Source: Paraspadella gotoi
Lineage: Eukaryota > Animalia > Chaetognatha
DNA: 64,000 bases
Reading direction: 5' to 3'
NCBI GenBank assembly: GCA_051294375.1
Contig: CM119270.1
Coordinates: 9,425,530 to 9,489,529 of the forward strand
In this document: in pieces, positions 10,469-22,859 of the stretch
How the letters are laid out: every line of letters begins with the position of its first letter
How positions within the stretch are numbered: the stretch's first letter is position 1
The notes under the pieces: generated by a model
What the model saw: only the letters and a program-made list of their open reading frames with translations
Told to the model about the DNA's origin: nothing
Database searches by the model: none
Made by a program: the position numbers and the translations under genes

Positions 10469-11987
10469 ATACTTGATATAATCCAAGAGAAATCGATCAT
10501 AAATCAATCAATAAATGTAGTACAAGTTGATGTAAAAGCCAGTGTAAATGCCGTAGGAAAATGGTTAAAATACCGAGGGAAATTAGTACCAAGCAACGGA
10601 ATCTATCAAACTGAATTCGTGATCCAAAGTCTGACTGAGGTTGACCGGGGGAGAAGAGGAGAGAGCTAGAGAGAGATATCTCAGTCTCTCTCGTCCCACA
10701 AACTATCTGTGGCCACTGGTTCTACTTCATAGTTTTTATAAAAAAAATTAATAAATGGTTTTGTAAATAAAACAAACAAATCCGAATATTTATATGAAAC
10801 ATGACAATCTCATAATAACAATTTCATATCTAAATTTTCAACTCCTTATTATATCACACTTAATCTCGCTTTGGCCCGTCTGGCGAGATAAAAATAGTAT
10901 AGAGTCAGAAAAACATAGCCTGTTCGGTAATTAAACCTCACATTTCTAAAGAAAGCGTTAGTCACTTCATTTTGTCTCTTTTGCTTCCATCACATTGAAG
11001 TAATCTCCTTCCATTCTTTTCCCCATCATCCTTCGCCATCCCTTCTACATCCCATTCAACATCAAATCGAATCAAATACATCATTTACTTTCCAATCTTC
11101 CCTTTCTTACTTTCAAATGGTGAACTTACCTTTGACTTTCTCATCCTTACCTTCCATCCTTCCTTTTCTTTCATTAACTTGGTTTCGCGATTCGATGAGC
11201 GCCTCACTCTGATAGAGGAATTCTCTCGCGGTTTTTGTTGGGTTTTTTTATCTCCTTTTCAGTTTTTTTAATTTTGTTTATTTTATTTTGAAGACGAATT
11301 ATTTTTTTTTTTACTTTTTTTTATTTTACCAATTATTAAAAACCCCGTTCATGTTTGGACTTCTTTTTGCTTCTTTCTATTTTTGCTATTAACTTTTCCA
11401 TAGCTCAGCAGATATTTTGATTATTTCCTCTCATCATTTTTGCTGCCTCGCTTCTCAACTCTTTCTTTCCGCTTCCCATCCTACGATTTCCGCTTCTAGT
11501 TCGACGTCTTCTTCCGCTTCTCGTCTTCCGTCAGAAAAACTTGAGGCTTCGTCATCTTCGCAAACGCGCGACCGGAAGCGAACTCGCTCGCGGAAGCGGA
11601 AGCGTCGGTGACAGCGGGAGCTGCCGACGCAGAGACAGCAGCGGCGGGAGGAATTCGTGCCTCGGTACTTCCGTGCTGCTGCAGCTGTTTTGGAGCTTTT
11701 TCCATTCACGCCCATCCCTAGTCACCAGTGCACTGAGCCTCCCGGTCTGCGTCGTCGTCGTCGTCGTCGTCGACCTTCGCGTGGCTGTAGTTCGCGTCGT
11801 CGCCATCGTCGTCGTCGTCGTCGGTCTTCTTCGATCCAAACCCGTTCTCACATTCAAGGCTTTTCCTCTCCCTCGGTCTACAAGGCGCGGCGTTATTCTC
11901 TCCTCTCTGTCTGCCTCTCTCTCTCTCTCTCTCTCTCTTCTTCTCTCTTTCTCTCTCTTCTCTCTCTCTCTCTCCTCTCGTCTCTCA

Positions 11988-12021
<34 letters not shown>

Positions 12022-13511
12022 CTCTCGTCGCAATCGTTGGCGCTGCCGTTATATCGTCATTCAGAGCGTCCCTCTTCTTATCACATCGTCGTCATCGTCG
12101 TCATCGTCGTAGCGAACTTTTATTGTCTCTTTATTTTCTTTTTTTATTGGTTTGGATCCAAGAATCGTGTTCACTGGGATTCTTTCCCGAGTTTTAGCTA
12201 TTTATGGAGTCAACATGAAGTGGGTTGGAAAGAGTGAAAGGGGACTGAGACTGAAATAAAGTACTTTATTACGAGAACAAACTTTGTATATAATGAAATT
12301 CATCATATTTAGGACGACATACCATATGTGAAAAAAAATTCATTTCGAATATTTAAAGAAGTTAAAATTGGGATTTTTATCGCTGGAAATTTATCTTGTA
12401 TTTTTCGTATTTTGATTTTTTGTTTTTGTTTTATTGTTTCAACTAACTTCAAAAGGGAAAACATATCACGATTTCATTTTCCCTTTTTCTTCCTTTTATT
12501 TTCTTCCTTTTTTTGTCTCTGATCTTTAATCAAAACGATGAAGTCTCTTTCGATGCAGCAACTTCGTTTACTCTTCGCCTTCATCTCCGTTTTTATCACT
12601 GTCAACATCGATAGCATTTTTGCCGCCGCCGCCGCCGCTGTCGTCGTCGTCGTCGACTTAGTTTTGTTATTTCCTTTTCTCTCTTCTTTTCTCTTCGATT
12701 CTTTTTTCCTCTTTTTTTTTTGTTCCATCGACGATTTTGTTCTTTGGGACACGAAGATATTCTTTTCAAATTTTATATATTTTGCTGTCGATTATATGTT
12801 TTTTTTCATTTTCTCAAAAAACCTACTCGAATGTCGTAGGATCGAACCCTCGACTTTTACATCTTCGGATTTTATCACATTTTCAGTTTCCTCACGGAGG
12901 CGAATTTATGTCGCGTTGAGGTCATTGCCCTCTTTCTGAAGCCTCACTTCCAAATATTTTCATAACTTGTTATCTTATCTTTAAAATTTCTCCATTTTTC
13001 ATTCGTTTGTAATTATGTTTGTTCTCACATAATTTTTTCTTCTTAAAACTCGGCCGAGTACAACTTTCCACTTACACTTTCCAAAAACGTCCTTTTAACT
13101 TGGGAGGAACGTTGGAGGAATATTAAAGAAAAAATGGATTTCTCTTCATTTCCTTATTATCAACAAACGTTAACTAAACTTTAATTTAAAGGACGTAGGA
13201 TACACAAAAAAATTAGTATTCATTTGGCGGCGAACGATTAGATTTCCAATATTTGAAATCTGTTAGGATTTTATTTGGGCTTAAATGTAGATTGATGCCC
13301 AAATCGATGATATCAGAATCACGATAGCAGTTATTTTTGTACTTTAATTTTTCTTTCTGAGAATAAATCTTGTTCAAGTGGAACTAAAATCTAAAATCTC
13401 GAGTATCGTATTTCCATCAAGATTTCGTGAATCCCTAGCATCGTCCTGGCGCCCAGGAGAATCGGATTTCCCTCAGGCGCCTCAGGACATAGAAATGGGT
13501 TTCTCGCCCGA

Positions 13512-13561
<50 letters not shown>

Positions 13562-14460
13562 GCTGCTGGTGGTGAGGAATGTCCACGAGGCGAGGTCTCA
13601 AACCAAAACAGGGTCACCTCTCCCGTTTCTGAGGGGGTGGAGGGCGTCCCAAGTCAAAGAGGCCTTCTCTCACTCCGTGCTGCGTGCCGGGAATGGAGAA
13701 CGGGGAGACAAAGTCAAAAACCTCACTTTTTTGTGAAAGCGTCTTCGTTGACGCTATTCGGGAATTGCAAAAATCACGAAATTTTGAAAGGCAAACAGTA
13801 GTGTTTTTATTCCCTGAATGTGTTGGTAAAAATTAGAATTCCAAATTTGAAGTTTTTCCTTGTGTCGAATGCAATAAAAATGCGAATTTTAAATTCTCAA
13901 AGACAAGTTTTTTTAGAGTAAACTTTTGAGAAACGAGTTGACGCGTTACACGTTTTTTTAACCAACTGGATAATTTTCTTTCTGAAAAATACAAGTATCA
14001 TAAATTTATCGTAGATGATTTCTACTCACGATAGAAAGTTAGTAATATTTTTTCATGAATTATTCAAGCGAAGAAATCTGTCATAAATTGGCGTTTGCCA
14101 CGAATTCGCCACAAGGAGAGTCATGGAGATGTTTATGGGCTCTTTGGTCAGAGAATCAAAAAGATCTTTGCTGCCCGAAAAAGGGGCGAAAAAGAAAAAA
14201 GAATAAAAATACGAGTAGAAAAGGACGCGAGCTGCAATTGAAAGTAAAAAGGAAAAGGGCGAAAAGGACGCGAGCTGCAATTGAAAGGAAAAAGGAAAAG
14301 GGCGAAAGGGATGCGTGCTCCAATTGAAAGGAAAAAGGAAAAGGGCGAAAAGGACGCCAGCTGTAATTAAAAAAAAAGGAAAAGGGCGAAAGGGATGCGA
14401 GCTGCTATTGAAAGGAAAAAGGAAAAGGGCGAAAGGGACGCGAGCTGCAATAGAAAGGAA

Positions 14461-15380
14461 TATGGTGGACTAAAATTCACCAACCGTTCATCAGCGGCCA
14501 TTGGTGCCGGAGGCAAGTCATTCGCCTCCCAACCCAAAGGTCCAAGGTTCTAGCCCGGTTGTTGCCTGGCAGTTAAGAGGGAAGGGGAGCTTAACCCGCC
14601 TATAACACGGTGTTACAGCCTGATCCGAAGCTCAGGGACTGCTTACATTGAACGGTTCTGTCATTAACACATATCAATAATTACTGTCTCTTCATTGGTG
14701 AGCCCGACTTCCGAACACAACAGCAACAACAACACTTTCAGGCGACATGCCTCAACCTGGAGATGCACTTTCCGCCCACAACACATCAGGCGACATGCCT
14801 CAACTTGGTGACGAACTTTCCACCAACAACAACAATTCACTGAAGAGATGCAACTGTAGTCGGGCATAGCAAAGTTCACCCCGCCTCTAAGCATGACACC
14901 TTCAGTCCTGACCCGGTGGCTCATTGACTAAAGCCATCAGCTCATGACCACTAGGTACCTACCCTGCGGGAAGTGTGAGGACGGCCGTAAGCCGCCTTGG
15001 GGGCGTGGAAAACCCTCAAGCCTGGTTCCAAGTCCAGGACCCGTTCCATAGCTGCTAGAGGGGGTTAAAGAAGTTATGGATAGTCATCTTCAGCCCACTT
15101 AGCGCCTTATCCACACAACAGACTTCACCCTACGGGAGGGGGGATGTATGGTGGACTAAAATCCACCGACCGTTCATCATCGGCCATTGGTGCCGGAGGC
15201 AAGTCATTCGCCTCCCAACCCAAAGGTCCAAGGTTCTAGCCCGGTTGTTGCCTGGCAGTTAAGAGGGAAGGGGAGCTTAACCCGCCTATAACACGGTGTT
15301 ACAGCCTGATCCGAAGCTCAGGGACTGCTTACATTGAACGGTTCTGTCATTAACACATATCAATAATTACTGTCTCTTCA
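14461..15380 (+). mobile_element. Complete TRIM (LTR family B) with tRNA-like sequence in both LTRs, Helenus-like
   Basis: 234-bp direct repeats 14461-14694 and 15147-15380 (3 mismatches seen), ending TTCA. PBS TGGTGAGCCCGAC at 14696. PPT GGGAGGGGGGA at 15134-15144 followed by TG. TSD GGAA / GGAA. No ORF. tRNA-like segment 14496-14566. Confidence 0.9.
14855..15115 (+). mobile_element. Solo LTR, family A, nested in the internal region of the TRIM
   Basis: TGTAGTCGGG...TTATCCACA with a perfect TSD CAAC (14851-14854 / 15116-15119). The B-box segment is deleted between TACC microhomologies. Confidence 0.9.
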
Positions 15381-17114
15381 GGAAAAAGGAAAAGGGTGAA
15401 AGGGATGCGAGCTGCAATTGAAAGGAAAAAAGAAAAGGGTGAAAGGGATGTGAGCTGCAATGGAAAAGAAAAGGAAAAAGGGCGAAAGAGACACGAGCTG
15501 CAACTGAAAGGAAAAAGGAAAAAAGCGAAAGGGATACTTGCTGCAATTGAAATTAAAAAGGAAAAGGGCGAAAGGGATACGAGCTGCAATTGAAACAAAA
15601 AAGGAAAAAAGCAAAAGGGATGCGTGCTGCAATTGAAAGGAAAAAGGAAAAAAGCAAAAGGGACATGAGCTGCAATTGAAATGAAACGGTCGAAAGGGAT
15701 GTGAGCTGCAATTGAAATGAAAAAGGAAAAGGGCGAAAGGGACGCCGACCAAGGAAGATGGCAGCCATAGAAAGACGAATGCGTAGAAGCCATTGACAAT
15801 AAAATGGGGTGAAAGACAAGCACTCAAGCAGTGAAGGAAGCAAGCAGCTCTTGAGTGAAGAAGACATGTGAGAAAGACGAGAAGTGAAGGTAGCTGACGG
15901 AAGTGAAATAAGAGGGTGAAAGATGAGACGAGAGAGAAGGAGACAGTCACGACGTTCGGAACGAAATAGAAAATATAGTAGAAAATGTAAATAGAGTTTA
16001 CTTTTAAATGAACATTAAACTGCTTAACCAACGGTTTAAGAGATAAACATCGACGCCTCAGCGTGCCTCTTCATCAGCACCTCCGCCATCCTTCAGCGAC
16101 TCCTGAGCTGGCCCACAGTTGCCCTCCAACGGCCTCACAGTCGCGACACAGCCGCCCTTCAGCGGCCCCACAGCGCCGTAAAACCTCTTCTCTTCAAACG
16201 AGGCAAGGTGGCGCCCTTCCAAAATCGTTTCCCAGATTCTCTGGTTTTCATTGTTGTTCCAATGTTTTTTGTTTTTGTTTTTTACTCTTTGTTTTTTTCT
16301 CCGAATCGACAGAAAGACTTTTTTTGTCTCATAATACATTACATAATTTAAAATTTAGTTTCTTTTTTTTTACTCCTCTGTCTTTCCTCTTTTTTCCCTC
16401 TTTCAATAAATGTTTTCTTTTCTCTTCTGCTTCCTCCTTTTTTCTTCTCTTCTTCTCCCTTTTTCCTCTCAACGCTTTTAATTAAATCGAAAAAAAAAAT
16501 TTCTGCCCTTTTTTGTCCTCACGTTTCTTAACTTGAATTCTTTCTTTTTTACCTCTTTATTTAAGCTATTTTTCCCCAAATTTTAAACTCTTTTGAAATG
16601 CATGTTCAAGGGAATTCTTTATTCCTTTTTCTTATTTACGCTGTTTCCGTCTGACGTACCTTACTTTAATCTTTAATTTTTTTCATATATTTTTTTTTCT
16701 TTTTAGTCGGATCTGCTTATCAGCAGATTCCGACTCGATAATTCACTTTGTCGATCCGTCGGTCCACCCCACACTGCCTGATTTTTCAAAAAGACCTCCA
16801 GGTTAACGCCCTACTCCTTCCTCCGTCCGCCTATCTTGTCGGTAAATTATTTTTATCACATCAGAACATCGAATTATGATAAATTACGCCAAAAAAATGA
16901 TGTTCGTCCGTCCGTCTGTCCGTCCGTCCGTCCCCCCTTAGAAGTAAACTCCAATTACTCGTGATTGGATGGATAGATTAGAATAAAATTTTGTGTGTGG
17001 GTGGGGAAGTGTGTGACGAACCTGGATATAAAGTTTCGATGGCATCGTGCGAGTGGAAATAAGTTTAAATGGAAAAAAACAAAAGTCATATTTACTTGAA
17101 GCATTTTTACTTAT

Positions 17115-17160
17115 ATTTACTGAAGAAGACTCTCAACCACAGAGTCAAAATATGTCTCTA
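17115..17160 (+). ncRNA. Degenerate hammerhead ribozyme, same family as 2666 and 3852
   Basis: CTGAAGA A GACTCT caaccac AGAGTC AAAA TATGTC. The G12-to-A change (GAAA to AAAA) predicts an inactive copy. Confidence 0.6.
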
Positions 17161-17380
17161 TGAAATAAAAAATTCGTTGTCACACATTTAGTAAAAATTG
17201 GATAGAAAAATTGAAATGAAATTTTGTGTGTGGGTAGGAAAGTATGTGATTAAGCTGGATATAAATTTTTGATGGAATCGTAGTGGTGGAAAAAGTTTAA
17301 AATAAAAACCAAAAGACACGTTTATTTCATTTTTTAAAAGTTTCTCTCTATCTCTCTCTGATTGATTGATTGATTGAATG

Positions 17381-17855
17381 ATTGACCAAATTATGCCAGT
17401 TGACCAAATTACGTCAATTGACAAAATTATGCAGGTTGACCAAATTATGACGGTTGACTAAATTATGCCAGTTGATCAAATTATTCCAGTTGACCACATA
17501 TTGCAAGTTGACCAAATTATGGCTGTTGTCCAAATTATGCCAGTTGACCAAATTATGTCAGTTGACCAAATTATTCCAGTTGACCAAATAAAAGTAAGTT
17601 GATTAAGCTATGCAAGTTGATCGATTTATGCCAGTTGACTAAATTATTCCAGTTGACCAAATTATGCCAGTTGACCAAATTATGCCAGTTGACCAAATTA
17701 TGCCAGTTGATGACATTTTGAAAGTTGAAAAAAATATACTAGTTGACCAAATTATGCCAGTTGACCAAATTATGCCAGTTGACCATATTATGCCAATTAA
17801 GCAAATTATGCCTGTTGACCAAATTATGCAAGTTGATTAAATTATGCGAGTTGGT
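17381..17855. repeat. 18-bp tandem repeat (gttgaccaaattatgcca), ~26 copies, inside the HINE
   Basis: Direct periodicity visible in the sequence. Confidence 0.9.
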
Positions 17856-20071
17856 ATTGGCACAGCTAATGGTAATGATTGATATATCAATTGATTTATA
17901 GATTATTTCATAGATTTATTAAGAAGATTTATTAAGAAGTCTGTTATGATTTGTTATAATCACAAATTGAGAGTCAGAAAAATTACAATGATTTATCATC
18001 GGATTACCTTATTACTGCTTAATTCTCGTTGGCAGATCTGACAATGTTTGCTCAAACTTGTTTTTTTTCTGTGATTCAATCGACCGTTGTCCGTCTTTCA
18101 CTTCTTCTGATTTCATTTCTCCCTTTGCTTGTCTCCCTCTCCCTCACATTTCTTTCTCGCTTCTCTCTCTGATCTCTCAGAATTTTTTTTCTTTTTTTTT
18201 CTCCAACAACTTTACCCTGAGCTTTTAATTACTTCGTTCTGTGCTCTTTCCTTTTTTTCTGTTCTTCCGTCTTTATCCTCAATCTCTCTCTGTCTCTCTT
18301 TCTCTCTTCTCCCAGGTTCTCTTCCTCCGGTTCCAATCTTCACTTTCATCTTTGCCTACGTTTTTCTAAATTACTTTAGTGATTTACTTACCCCCCCTAA
18401 AATTGTACAATTTTTTCTATTTTCGTAAATCACTTTAGTGATTGTAAATCACTTACCCCCCGAAATTGTACAATTTTTTTTTCCAGTTTTTTTTATACTA
18501 AGATTTGTCTCTTACTTTCTTTACTATAAGCATTTTCCCTTTACTTTCTATAGAAATTTACTCTTCTGCTGCACCCACTAGATCTTTACTTGTATTGCTT
18601 TACACAAAATAGCAATTTGTATATGTTTTAGTCTTAATAAACCAGATGGCTGTACAAACAAAGGACTATTTTTAAAGACAAAATAGCAATAAAATTTAGT
18701 TTAAGTATATCCACCAGAGGTTTTAATATTTTTTTCTGAAACAAAAGAACAGTCCCATTGAATTTTTTTGGTATTTTTACTATGCTCTACAACAGGGCTC
18801 TACAAAGAAGGAAGCTTTTTGTTTTATAATAAATTTTAGCTGCACCCACTAGATATTCACTTGCACCTGCTCTTCAACAAAATAGCAATTATTTTTCTTA
18901 TTTTCTTATAAAGCATTTTAATCATATATCATACTTTGAAACAAAAATTATATTATTTTGATTTATAAAATATTTTTGTAAATACCAAAATGATATTAGT
19001 GCTACAGTAATAGCGGTAGCCGACCAAATTAAAAATTTAGTTGGAACAGCATTAAACGAATCCATTTACTTATCTTGATAATTAAAATTATTATATTGCT
19101 ATATAATATAAAAAAATTAAATATTTTAAATTTTTTAATTGATTCTGATAGAGCTTAAAAAGTTCAGCAAATAATGTAATTACAACTTTTTAAAATTTTG
19201 ATGTTTTATTACTGAAAATAAGCAAAATCTGCCAAAATATTGGATAATAATGATGAAAATGATTTTTTAAGGTTTTTTCAAATTTTAACCTACTTATCAT
19301 CAAAATATTGAAAAAATAATTATACTTTTTATAAGATATCTGAATCTGATTTTAAAAATACACAACTTAAAAAAAAATTCTAACATTTCTATCTATAAAT
19401 AAAAATTAAAAAATTAATTACATGTGCTTCTAGCCATTTTAGAAAATTTTCGTCCATAAAAAGTTTTTTTCAGAAATGTATGAAGTTTCATTTGGGAAGC
19501 TTCCCAAATCAAACTTCTGATACACCCCATTGACAAAATTTGGCTCTAACAGTAACAGTTCAGTTTAAGCTCTTTAAAGTGATTTACATGTATTGGCGCA
19601 GCCAATGGTTTTTCCTTTATTTGCTCTTACATCCAGGTGAGTCTATCATTTACAGTTATCTGTTATCAGTTATCAGTTAAACACCTCATCATCTCTTCCA
19701 TCCTTGAAGGGACAAGGTATCATCGAAGATATATATAATATTATATATAATCCTTCCCATTTTTTTATATCTTTGCATTAATTAAGTTTTTTTTGTTTGT
19801 TTGTTTGAATTTGTTATTGTCCTTAAATTCTGCTTATTTTTCTAATACTCTTGTTAAATATATCTGCAACTCAACTTAATAGATAAAATAGATTTTCTTA
19901 ATATTTTTTTTCAGCCTTAAAGTCTCTTCTTTAACCAACTTCTATTTCAAAAACTTTTCTTTCCCTCTTTCTTCTTTCCTTCAATTTCTATCTTTTGACT
20001 TCCTCTCCCCATTTTTCTATCTTCTATTTAATCTTTCTTTCCAATTTCCTTTGTTCTATCTACGCGGGTAC

Positions 20072-20182
20072 CAGCGGCGGCGGCGGGTGGCGGTGGTTCC
20101 GGCGGCGGCGGCGGCGGCGGCGGCGGCGCGGCGGCGGCCGCGGCGGGGCGGCGGCGCGGGAAAAACGACGTCGGCGGCGTTG
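20072..20182. repeat. (GGC)n-rich tract followed by a (CT)n tract
   Basis: Almost pure G/C trinucleotide run in an otherwise very AT-rich context. Confidence 0.85.
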
Positions 20183-20218
20183 GCGTTCTCAACGAGTATT
20201 TCTCTCTCTCTTTTCTCT

Positions 20219-20274
<56 letters not shown>

Positions 20275-21887
20275 TCTTCTCTCTCTCTCTCTCTCTTTCT
20301 CCTCTCTCTTTCTCTCTTTCTCTCTCTGTGTGACGTATTGTCTCTTAAATCCTCCACTCTAAAAATAAAAAAGAAAGAAAAAAAACTCATTTATGTTTTT
20401 CGCTAATTGCGTTCAAGCCTCCCTACCATGAGGTCTGAAAGAGAGAAAAGCCGTGGAAGGTTTTACCTCCTGTTTAGTCTTCAGATGCGCTCAACTATGA
20501 CAAGCTTCTTTTTTTCTGTAGACAAATGAAATGGATAGGAAACTGACCGAGAGATGGCGCCATATTTAGTTGGTCGTCGTGTACATTTTATTGCTTACAT
20601 GTATGACTTCGATACTTTTGATTTTTTATTTCAGCGAGAGAATGTTTGTAACGAGGATGACGTGATTTCAAACTAGAATCACGTGATCTAAGTAATGAAA
20701 ATTCATCACAACGTAAATGTAGAAACAATTAAAAGAAGCAACCAACCGGGAACTTCACAGAAACACGATTTGGATTATTCATTCATTCGTCAGGAAAAGA
20801 AATGTCTTGAAGGATTATCTACGATGTAATATGAAAAGGTAAGACTAAAAGTTTTGTTTGTCCTTTAGCCGCAAAAGAATCTAAAAAAAGTTATCAACAA
20901 TAAAAATAATTTTAAAAAAATTATCTGTGTTTACGTTTTTAAATAATATCTTAAAACGTTATAAATTGTTTTAGTAAAAATATAGAAGAAAAAAGAATGA
21001 TAAGAAAGAGAAAAAAAATTTTTATTAAAGTTTGCCAATCTCAAATTGTACAAAATCTAAAAAAAATAAATACTACCTTACATAAGCCATCAGGAACTTT
21101 TTCGGTCATACTGACTTAATTTTCTTGTACAAAGAACTCAAAAAGTTTAAGTTTGGAAAAAATATACAATTACGTTAAAATAGGCGAGTGCCATGTAATA
21201 TTATAAAAAAGACATGGAAATATATGTATGCAAAGACACCTCAAATATTCTTAGCTTCGACATTTAACGTTTCCTCTGCTCGTTTACTGTTCTAAAGTTC
21301 TTTCATTTCCAAATCGCTTTGGGCTTAAGTGTCTAATGTCTATTGTTTCTTATCGATAGACGCGAAATAAAGTCTATTCTCTTGTTTTCAATTACTCAAT
21401 GGCAACATGTGTATTACTTTTTTCAACATTGCTATTTCTGATTTTTCGTCTGTTTAAATAGCTTTAAGAATTATTTCTAAAAGGATAGCAAAGTCAAAGT
21501 CGAATTCAAATCTTTCTCTTCACATCTTTTTAATTTTATTCTTTTCCTTTTATTTCGTCTTTAATTCCATTCATTCCTTTTCGTCCGCTTCTCGAACCGC
21601 TTCTCACTCTCCATTCCTATCAATTTATCGCTTCTCGCTTCTGCTCGTTCGACCAAAGTTGATTGGATTTTTATCGGTTTTATAATTACGGAGAGAAAAA
21701 CAAAGGCCACGGTTCTCTCTCACCGGAAGTCGTGAAGACGAAAACTATCACGTGAACGACGATGATGACGACGATGATGACGACGACGGTGACGACGACA
21801 ACGACGACGACGACGACACAAAGAAGTGGATATCGCTAAGGGTTTCATCCGCGGTTACGTCAGGGGTGACAATGATAACGATTATAC

Positions 21888-21933
<46 letters not shown>

Positions 21934-22823
21934 GTTATCGGTTTCCCCGACGTCGGGACGAATATTTTTGCTTTCCAATCTCGAGTCTCTACTGATGGCA
22001 ACGACGACCACAACGACGACCACAACGACGACCACAACGACGACCACGACGATTCAGTGGCACCGAAAACCAAACTTACTCGATGGAGAAAGATTCGTGG
22101 ATCCTGAGGATGAGATTCAACCTTCTTTTCAATGACTTGGAAATTGGCTCTCCGGGCAAAAAAAAACAAAAAAACAACAACAACAACATTAAGAATCAGA
22201 AAAAACGCTCGAGGGTTTGATGTTGTCTAAGAAAAAGACAGGACACAAGCAGAAGAGAGAAAAGAAGTTTTAACAAACAGATAAATAATTAAGTAACTAG
22301 TTGACCATAAGCGAGACTGAATTGGTCAGGCTCTGCTTGGTTATTTTGTATTTCGTAAGACTGAGGGATGCCTAAGCAGCCTGTGAAAAGTCTGGGAAGA
22401 GAGAGCTTATTTAAATAAAATTATTGAAATTTTTTGTGTAGTTGTTGTATCATATCAAATGAAAAACGACGACGAAAAGATGAGAATGCGGATTGAAAAA
22501 AAAAGAGAGAGAAATATTATGTCCAACACAATATCGCCAACAGTTCTAGCAGCACCACCACAAAACTGTCCTTCAGTTATGTTCCTTTCAAAAGTGGCTT
22601 AAAGCCCGGAAACAGTCGCTCCTGTTGACAACCTGCGGTAGAGACGGAGCGAAAATCAACCGCCTTGTTTACGTTTGTTGTCGAAGAGAAAAAAACCAGC
22701 GACGCTTTTTTTCCCCAACCCTTGTTTATTTTGGTTGCCATGGTGAGAAAAAACGTGAACAAAACGGTTTTAGTCGAAGTCGAAATTACAAAATGAGTTT
22801 TCATTCCTGAATTCACTTAATCC

Positions 22824-22859
<36 letters not shown>

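Larger units (their letters stand above)
14215..15745. repeat. 43-bp minisatellite (gagctgcaattgaaaggaaaaaggaaaagggcgaaagggacgc) split by the TRIM insertion
   Basis: Period 43 (gctgcaa at 14231 and 14274). The array continues on both sides of 14461-15380. Confidence 0.85.
16701..18062 (-). mobile_element. Helentron-associated non-autonomous element (HINE / DINE-1-like)
   Basis: Terminal hairpin agtcggatctgct-tatc-agcagattccgact (16705-16735), a (CCGT)n tract, an AACAAG start at the other end, and both ends in T runs. Colinear in reverse with 33502-34757. Confidence 0.75.

Noticed and set aside
10985-11070. LINE endonuclease-like fragment (KNGRRLLQC, minus strand)
   Set aside because: Too short and unsupported by flanking motifs. 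The AIWK*KN-like trace near 21310 is equally weak.
11417-12237. SR-rich or acidic protein ORFs
   Set aside because: Overlapping ORFs arise from (GTC)n and (CT)n microsatellites; no recognisable domain.
16050-16082. Hammerhead-like CTGATGAA on the minus strand
   Set aside because: Stem II is mismatched and GATG replaces GAAA. Other isolated CTGANGA hits (879, 5867, 14840, 34933) likewise lack the fold.
21748-22169. Poly-Asp/poly-Thr ORFs
   Set aside because: (GAC)n microsatellite translations; no homology evidence.
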